The position numbers and the translations under genes were made by a program. Below are positions 51,318 to 64,000 of a DNA stretch of 64,000 nucleotides, piece by piece. How positions within the stretch are numbered: position 1 is the first letter of the stretch; the number at the start of each line of letters is the position of its first letter. A model generated the notes under the pieces. The model saw only the letters and a program-made list of their open reading frames with translations, did not search any database and was not told the DNA's origin. This DNA is from Trichoplax adhaerens (lineage: Eukaryota; Animalia; Placozoa). The stretch is taken from the NCBI RefSeq assembly GCF_000150275.1, contig NW_002060943.1, positions 7,882,066 through 7,946,065 on the forward strand. The letters are read 5' to 3'.

Positions 51318-52439
51318 GTATAGTATTGTAGTTCGGTATGTATGATGAATAATGATCAACTTCAATCATTATGCTGTACACACAGTGTACACTGCACACT
51401 ACCGTATATTTATTTATCATCATCAACATCATTAATGTAATGTCATGACTAATGTAGTCTACTCCAAAATATGGAGGCCGATTATTTTACCGATCATTTG
51501 CATCGCAAGTCATGTCTGCAACGGTGCTGTCCGCATTTAAATTTTCTGTTATCATTTCATGGTACCGTATGAAATAGAATGGCTGAAAAAATGACAAGCT
51601 TTCACATTATTTCCCACTATGAGGCCCTCGCTTTCTTTCTTTATTACTGTAGTCCATTAGTCCTGGTACGGTATTGCAAAAACACGAAAACTAAATATTT
51701 ACAGGACAGGAGCTTGCGTGGCGAATTACGGTAGTATTGTAGTAGTACGCTACTTTATCATGTTTGCTAAAATAGATGAGTATACTGTGCTTACGGTTGC
51801 AATATTTATTTATAAAGTGACTGTAATACAAATCACGTCAAAACGCTATTCAAAAGTGATTTACTGTACTCGTTTTCATTTGCAACTCGCAAATTTGATG
51901 AGATTATAACATAGATGAAGAAATCATACTATTGACATGTGATTTACTCATTGTCACTGACAGCTCTCCAATCTGTTGCAGTGAGTTGTGCCTGCATACT
52001 ATCATCGTACTGTACTGCAGAATGCATCTTTGACTGTAATGGAGATACTTGAAAAGTTTAAACACCAGATCCTTAAATGTATTTATCCTCCTTCACTTGA
52101 CTGCATTGTTTGTTGTTAGAATAATAATAATTGTTATGCACTCCATTTGAAAAATATTGATCAGTACCAGTAGCTGCGATTGCGGCCATGAGAAATACTT
52201 TAGGATGGTTACTCTGCTTTTTGCACAATCAGGATTCCTCATGGCCACGTGTACTCGTACACTTATGGCTTGCAGTCTCGTTTGCACTAAGTCCAGGCCT
52301 GGTCTAAACTGGAAAATCGACATTTTCCTAACTGAAAGCAAGACCAGTGTTAAGGTCTCATAACTGACAAACAAGACCTGATTTGTTTTCACTATCATGC
52401 ACAACAGCTTTCAGACCTGTGCACATGGTCAGCTGAAAA

Positions 52440-52590
52440 GGCGTACGTCATGCGCGTACGAGACACAGCGAGAGCCGCGTGGTATATAATAACGTAGGCA
52501 ATGCATAGTTGAGCTCTAGACCTGTGCTTCTAATTCATCGGTGGAGAACGTTTCCTCGACCATTTTTTCTCATTGCAATTGGATTTTCTG
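52440..52590 (+). promoter_or_regulatory. TATA-box promoter and short non-coding first exon of the 462-aa gene
   Basis: CRE-like TACGTCA at 52444 in a CpG-rich patch, TATATAA at 52483-52489, donor CTG|GTAAGC at 52590/52591, and acceptor CTTCTATTCAAAG| at 52905, 11 nt before the ATG. Confidence 0.65.
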
Positions 52591-52916
52591 GTAAGCTCGA
52601 TTGCATTAGCCATCTTTCAATACATTACCTGGAAATGCAGTGAATTTCACAATTACGCTAGGATTACCGACGATTTGAATAATACAGTGCATCAACGTTA
52701 CTGCTACATTTCTGCATATTTTCTGCAGTGCGGACTGGTTGGTTTAGTCGCTGCGTATCTTCAAATGATACTAACCGAAAATGTTGCATAACTTAGCATT
52801 TGCTACAATGTATTTTTGCTAAGCATGAGTTTCAGTGTTTTCTATACTTAATAATTGCAATTGAATTCAGAAGAAGTAATTTTATTGTTGTACTTCTATT
52901 CAAAGAATTGGTAACG

Positions 52917-54305
52917 ATGCCTTATTCATCGCGCGACGGAGATCGCCCACAGTGGAACGGAAGAGATGTCGACAGAAGAAGCGATTATTCTAGAGAGGAT
53001 GATAGACCCCCTCGGTATAACAAATTTGCTTCAGAAAATCGCTTTAATGATCGAGACAATTTTCGCCCAAGGAGACCTGGTATGCCTTCCAATAATGGTA
53101 GACCTATGCGTGGTCGAAACGGCAACGATAGGCGATTTGATCCAAGAAGTCAGCGTGGTGGGCGCCGTCAAGACGGCAATGGCAGACCTCGGGATGCTCG
53201 GCCACGTGAATATTACGTCAACCGATTTGTCATTTTCTGCAATGCAGCTGATCCTGATGAGAAACTTAGCGTTATACCCTACGAAGGCAATCATAACGAA
53301 GTCTACGACAACCAAGACAAAGTCTACATTCATGAACCTGCATTTGATAGAAAGCTCAATTATGCTGATTTGATGGCTGCCCTTTCCTACTGTATGAAGC
53401 GCACGGTGCAAACTTACAAAGCCGACCGACATGGCGAGTTATTTTTCATTGCAAGATACGGGAAAATCTTTTACACCAATGTCAATCAAGATCGTGACCG
53501 TTCAAAATGGACCGTTGCATCATTTATGAACAGCGTCAACACGCACAATTGGCCATTCGCTCAGGAATTGGAAACTAAAAGTGAAGCGAACCAACCAGAT
53601 ATTAGGCATTCGTTTTATCCTGTTAATGAAAATGTTCAACCTTCCGACTTTGAACGGGCGCTAGAACGAAAGAAATTTCAGAAGATTGATACCACGGAAG
53701 AATACTATGTTAGCTACGTATTAGAGGACAAAGAACGCGATAAACGGCGCAACGTCTTTATCTGCTATGATCAACACTTGAAATTCAAACGTATTCGTGT
53801 TCCGACTATCAAATGGTGCGATATCGATATCAGTCGCGACGATAACGTCGACTTAAGAATTAGCTTCAGAAGTGAAAGAGTATTAGAAAGGCGAGATCTG
53901 AACATGGATGATCGACTGGTTCAATCGTTGAAAGAGATTCCTTTGATGGATTTGATTACTTTTGACAAGAAGAATAACCTACAGGTATTGCAAGATAGGG
54001 AGAATGTGCAGTTGGTTAGACACAAGATCACCCATGCTTACATCATAACTCGCGAATTTTGCCAAAGCCGAAATTTAGAACCCTTTTGGCATTATTTAAC
54101 GGTGAACTGTACTGAAGTTACAGAGTACTCGCGCTTGGATAAAAATATTGGAGCATTCAAAACGGTTGAATCGAAGTGTGAAATAACTGCGACGGTCGAT
54201 CATGTTGGTAAACTAAAGATTCATAAAGAAGATAAGCTTGCTGAAGTTGTGAAAGCAATGCTAAAATTTTGGGGGCAACAATTGCCAGCCACCTTTAAGA
54301 ATTAA
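52917..54305 (+). CDS. Uncharacterised 462-aa protein: R/G/D/N-rich disordered N-terminus plus a globular beta-rich domain (possible degenerate Cet1/CYTH tunnel fold); single coding exon
   Basis: Longest ORF in the window, visibly higher GC than its flanks, starting MPYSSRDGDRPQW at ATG 52917. The ORF-track extension 52800-52905 lies in the predicted 5'UTR intron. The fold assignment is inference from motif order. Confidence 0.88.
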   Translation: MPYSSRDGDRPQWNGRDVDRRSDYSREDDRPPRYNKFASENRFNDRDNFRPRRPGMPSNNGRPMRGRNGNDRRFDPRSQRGGRRQDGNGRPRDARPREYYVNRFVIFCNAADPDEKLSVIPYEGNHNEVYDNQDKVYIHEPAFDRKLNYADLMAALSYCMKRTVQTYKADRHGELFFIARYGKIFYTNVNQDRDRSKWTVASFMNSVNTHNWPFAQELETKSEANQPDIRHSFYPVNENVQPSDFERALERKKFQKIDTTEEYYVSYVLEDKERDKRRNVFICYDQHLKFKRIRVPTIKWCDIDISRDDNVDLRISFRSERVLERRDLNMDDRLVQSLKEIPLMDLITFDKKNNLQVLQDRENVQLVRHKITHAYIITREFCQSRNLEPFWHYLTVNCTEVTEYSRLDKNIGAFKTVESKCEITATVDHVGKLKIHKEDKLAEVVKAMLKFWGQQLPATFKN

Positions 54306-55063
54306 GACAACATCGAAATATCCAATTTTTTCCACTTCGTAGATGATCACTTTTACTTTATTCGTTTATGAATTGCTTACGCGGTCTTTGTCTGTTCCTG
54401 GTAATTCATTGATTACACGGGTCGTTTGTTGGTAGTTTCAAATATTATTTTAAGCCGTTCTTGATGTGGTAAATTTGGAGTATTTAATTTTTAAGAAGAT
54501 AGAAATGCGGTAACTGAACTAGCTTATAGGATACAATTTTTTGTTATCTGACTTCATTTCGGTTGGCTTATTTCGATAGTATTAAGTTTAGAATTGATGA
54601 ATGAATATGGCCTATTCAATACCCGTACATCTGTAGAGTTTCACATGTGCAGTCGAATATATCGACGTTTTAGTATGGTTGTGTTCCTTCGAGTTTCTGT
54701 GCGCCACTGCATTACAGTAGGTTATAGGGCTTATTGCATTTTGTACAAGTCATCAGTCCGGATGTAAAATTAAAAATAAAAAGTATCGTATATTGGAATG
54801 TCCATGTGATAGAGGAGTTACTATGCTCAAAAGGAAAGTTCTAATCATTACAGCAAAACAGGACTTCGTAAACGGAATTCACTGAAACCTGAAGATTGAG
54901 ATAGAGTACTAATAAATCAATCAGTGACTCAGCAGAACGTTTCAACTTGTCCCATGAAGAAAGTGCAAGTTGTGATGAGTAAAAAAGGGACTAGTGTTGT
55001 GCAGATTAACGCTAAAAACTTGCAACTGGCGTTTGTGCAAGTTGCTGGCTATGCCATATCTAC

Positions 55064-55658
55064 AAGTGTGCCAATGCCATACGTGTGCACAAGACATTTT
55101 TCAATTTTGAACGCAGACGCTAAAATGCAATTCCATCTAAAGAAAGTAATCCAAAGTTTATATACATGAAATCCGTCAATTTAGATCCTAAATTAACTTT
55201 ATAGGTCTATACGGATGATTAGCGTAAAATTTCATGGAATGAAAAGTAATTGACTGAAAGTGTGCCAATACCATACGTGTGCACAAGACATTTTTTCAAT
55301 TTTGAACGCAGACGCTAAAATGCAATTCCATCTAAAGAAAGTAATCCAAAGTTTATATACATGAAATCCGTCAATTTAGATCCTAAATTAACTTTATAGG
55401 TCTTCTATACGGATGATTAGCGTAAAATTTCATGGAATGAAAAGTAATTGACTGAAAGTGTGCCAATACCATACGTGTACACAAGACATTTTTTCAATTT
55501 TGAACGCAGACGCTAAAATGCAATTCCATCTAAAGAAAGTAATCCTAAGTTTATATACATGAAATCCGTCAATTTAGATCCTAAATTAAGTTTATAGGTC
55601 TGTCTATACAGATGATTAGCGTAAAATATCATGGAATGAAAAGTAATTGACTGAAAGT
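55064..55658. repeat. Tandem triplication, units 194, 198 and 199 bp, near-identical
   Basis: AAGTGTGCCAAT(G/A)CCATACGTGT(G/A)CACAAGACATTTT starts at 55064, 55258 and 55456. Units differ mainly by small indels near TTTATAGGTCT. Confidence 0.96.
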
Positions 55659-55998
55659 TGAAAATTTATTTTTGGTTTTCATATCCAGTACAGCATCAAC
55701 CATTGCGGTCTTCAACGGATACAGTATGGTACGGTACTGAGCGTCAGGGGGTCGGGTTGGGTCCATGTTGAATATTGAACGATACAAAGGCGTGTTGGTC
55801 TAAAGAGCGTTTACAGTTAGTATACTGTCCTGTACTATACCTTACAGCATAGAGTACAGTATGGATTGAACACAGTAATCTACCGCATCGATGTCATTCA
55901 CTAAATTACAATTCTCATCCAGAGCACTCTGGGCCTGTTTTAAAAGCTAGAAACTTGCTCCTTCGTTGTGGTTATATTATAGCATTAAAGTGAAAAGA

Positions 55999-58900
55999 AT
56001 GTCTGTACTAGCCGATGCTAACTGTGCAATTTGTCGGCGAAAGTTTGATTCTAACGAAAAAGCGTTTACATCAAGCGGTAAAGTGTATCACGAGCAATGT
56101 TTCATGTAAGTTGAGCACTATTCGATGGAGATAGCTCCGGTACTGGATATCATTAGCATACAACATAGTCATTTTTAGCCCTACCTGCAATACAACGAGT
56201 TACGGTAAAAGGATTGATGCAATGGCATAATTGCCACAACTCTAGTGCATCAATACAGAGGATAGAGCCGATAGGGATGATTTCGAAAATTATATTCTCT
56301 AGCTATTGATAGCTTTGAAACGTTTCAACAGCATGGAGTACAGTGCAATACGGCAATGGTTGTAAAAAAAATAGTTAATCAGTGCTATCGTACAATATAA
56401 ACTACTGTATAGATAATTTACATGCTCAGGCATGGAGCCTAGGATACAACAGATTCTTATTTATAAACTGGACTTGTTGAATATTTAGATGCTGCCAGTG
56501 CTTGCAACCCTTCCCCGACGGAATCTTCTTTGAAGTAAGTTATTATCTTTCTTCCATGTTGGACAGTCAAAAACGATCCTACCGTACAGTATGCACTAGG
56601 ATCTTGTCAACAGACTGTATATCGAATAAAACACTTAACAGCATGGTATTTTAACTTGTTTTCGATCTCCAATATGATTTATCCAACATGGGTACGAAAT
56701 ACAGCATGAAGGCAGAAAATACTGCGATTACGATTTCCGTATCCTTTTCGCTCCAGTATGTGGCGATTGTGGTAAGTAGATTTGTTGGCTAATCACTCTT
56801 TGCCTTTTCTACAGTTATTTTATCTCATAACACTACTATACATAATGTAACAAGCCTATATAGACTGTTTTATGGGTATAATTGTATCCTGTAACAACAC
56901 TGATTGTGCCAGTTCGAACATGGCATTCGTATAGCTATGCCAAATGTGCAGATAGTAAATACTGATAATACGTTTACCTATGATACTGTATTATACATGG
57001 AAACAACTACAGTACTGGATATGAAAGTTGAAGAAATGTCTAAACATATTGTACTACTATTCAGAATCCATAACGATTCCATCGGCTTCTTGATTGATTT
57101 AAACAACATTTCTGATAATATATAATCCTTATAGGAGAGTTTATTTCTGGACGTGTTATTAAAGCTTTATCTCGAAATTGGCATCCTCAATGTTTCCGTT
57201 GCGAGATATGTAAGACCTCATTAGCAGACAGTGGATTTGTCAAAAGTGGAAATAGGTTAGCTGGTAACTATGAAACGGCATTTACAATATCCACCTAGAT
57301 AGCAAGGACTACCTATCCCCTTTCTCTAACAATTGCATAAATTACGTGTAATAGAGCTTTATGTCGAAAGTGTAACGCCGAAGAAAAGCAAAGAAAGTTA
57401 AATATGACTATCTGTAAGGAATGCAAGTAGGTTCAATGTTAATATCAATCGCAATATCTAAATTACGGTATCAATTTTTTATTGCTAATCCACTATTTTA
57501 TTATTTCTATCATAGTGGCATTATCGAAGGAAGTGATTTTATAACCATTAATGGACAGAAGGCTCACATTTTTCATTTTGACTGCTATGTGTGCGGGTGA
57601 GCTTTTGAGTTAAACCGAATTAGTTTATCATATTTTAGCCAGAAGAACTGAATAACCAAAACAGTTTAATATTGCTAACGAATTTGGTATGGATACAGTG
57701 CAAAACACAGTTTTATGGATGTACTTCGAGGACGATATACTATATGCTTTAACTAGATTACTTATTAATAAGTATATCGTATTATTATTCTTTGTAAGAA
57801 AATAGGCCTATTCATTTACATTGACGTAGATCTCGTATCATTTACTATTTCCATTAAAACTACATATCAAAATTTTTAACATGATAAACTAAGTGTAAGT
57901 TTGAGTTCATTGAATAACTTCTCTTAATCAATAGGAAACCGCTAACATCTCATGGTTTTGAAAAAGATGGGAAAACATACTGTTTACGCTGTTACGACAA
58001 AATGGGAGTACCAATTTGTGCGGCTTGCAAGTATGTTGACTGTATTCTATCGTCATTTTTCAGTAACATTGTACGCACGCAAAGTTATGTACCATCATAA
58101 ACTCATTTGACCTACAGAATATTACTATACTGTAACTAAGATCAATTAAAATTTTTATTATCGTCTAGACGACCAATTACTGATGTACATATTGTTGCGG
58201 CATTGGGGAAGAGCTGGCATGCTGATGTAATTTAGCATTTGATAAATAATGTAAAATAACTTCCGTAAGTGGCACGAACGTCATTAAAGGATGCAATAAT
58301 TTCTTTCGTATTAAGCATTTCGCGTGTGCCAAATGTGAAAAGCCATTCCATGGGCGGCCACATTATGAACATAATGGATTAGCTTATTGCGAAACTCATT
58401 ATAATCAGGTGATCGATATCACATTTATTAGAATGATTATGAAAGTTAATTTCACAGAATATTTTGAATGTTAAAGTGAATCGTAAATAAGGTCATTAAT
58501 TCAGAATCTACAAATTTATGATAGTTATTTGGAGAAATATGCTTCTATTGCAACCAAGCCATAAAGTCTGACAGTATGTAATGTATACTAGAGTTTTCCA
58601 CAATGAGAGTTAATTATCCTTAATCTTATTGCATAAAGTACATACAGCATATCTATTTTTCGGGCGTTTATCTGTAATTCCTCATTAGTTGGCATCAAAT
58701 ATCGGCGACCTGATTTAGAGCTGCTGTAAATAATTATCTTTCTTATAGAAATGATACGAGCTTTTCGCAAACATTGGTGCGAAGATCACTTTCGGTGTAG
58801 TTCTTGCGGAAGTCAGTTAACGCTCAAGTCAGTATTTAATCTGTATCATGTTGTTGCAGATACTAATCTAATTTTCTAGAGAAGTTACAATTTAATATTT

Positions 58901-59031
58901 TATACTGAATTTATTGCAGGAGTAAATTCTTTGAGCTCGATTTACGTCCTCTATGTAAAAAATGCTACGATCGTTTTCCTAGCAAGTTAAGAAAACACCT
59001 GAAAACCAGAATGGGAAAGTCTGGAAATTAA
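55999..59031 (+). CDS. LIMS1: PINCH (five-LIM-domain adaptor of the ILK-PINCH-parvin complex), 12 exons
   Basis: Exons: 55999-56105, 56489-56534, 56705-56771, 57135-57255, 57355-57426, 57516-57596, 57935-58030, 58169-58226, 58316-58408, 58524-58573, 58749-58827, 58920-59031. Five LIM motifs, with PINCH-type stretches [57 protein letters not shown]…[13 protein letters not shown] and [15 protein letters not shown]. Confidence 0.95.
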
Positions 59032-59442
59032 ACCGAATGCTAGTAATGTTTAAATGTTTACGGAGTCTATAAGTATGTTTGAATACAGCTATATGACCAC
59101 TAACAATCTAAGTTAATTTGAACTCCATCGAAATTTTGAAAAATTTATCACACATCAAACATGTACCAAATGAATTTTATTAATTGATTACGATATATCA
59201 TTAAAAGGATTAGTGTTTTTATGCGTTTTATCCTAGTACAATGCATTTTGATTTTTATATTGCTAATACCATGATTTACAGTTGACGTTCAATGATCTGA
59301 ACTGTGCCAACTAGCATAAATTTGCTAGCATGCATCTAGGTGTAAGCGAGAAAATAGCAAGCTAACAAAGAAATTAATCATTCCTTAAACATTGATTATT
59401 ACATTGGCATGCAATGCTGAGATCAAATAATTTTATGGACTA

Positions 59443-64000
<4,558 letters not shown>

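Noticed and set aside
47482-52404. Numerous 60-100 aa ORFs in the EIF4E2 downstream region
   Set aside because: Low-complexity, AT-driven composition, no homology recognised, and no consistent exon chain could be built.
52800-52916. 39-aa hydrophobic N-terminal extension of the 501-aa ORF-track call
   Set aside because: It begins at TTG and lies mostly within the predicted 5'UTR intron (52591-52905). ATG 52917 is the likely start.
52966-53432. Overlapping 135-aa (+) and 133-aa (-) ORFs inside the 462-aa gene
   Set aside because: These are shadow ORFs expected in a GC-richer, Arg/Asp-biased coding region, with no recognisable motifs.

Overview
AT-rich, gene-dense, intron-rich eukaryotic DNA with mostly 60-300 bp GT-AG introns. 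The gene set is animal (PINCH, LHFPL, cathepsin O, 4EHP, TRIP12), and the compact style suggests an early-branching metazoan, probably a placozoan such as Trichoplax (inference). Most ORF-track entries are exon fragments or noise, so I reconstructed genes by hand from splice sites and reading frame. In order: 3' part of an ABCC5-like transporter (+), DMC1 (+, 19 coding exons including 8-, 10- and 14-nt microexons and one GC-AG intron), cathepsin O (-), an LHFPL tetraspan gene (+), TRIP12 HECT ligase (-), PRDX5 (+), an intronless PIP-box protein resembling AUNIP (-), eIF4E2/4EHP (+), a 462-aa uncharacterised protein (+), PINCH/LIMS (+) and the 3' part of PCCA (-). The 462-aa protein has an RG/RD-rich N-terminus and a possible degenerate Cet1/CYTH tunnel domain. 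The two most notable features are (1) that gene, which has a TATA promoter and lies between two unrelated ~194-bp tandem arrays, and (2) self-complementary (CAGTA)n/(TACTG)n pentamer clusters that mark most promoters in the window. No rRNA, tRNA, CRISPR array or intact transposase was seen.
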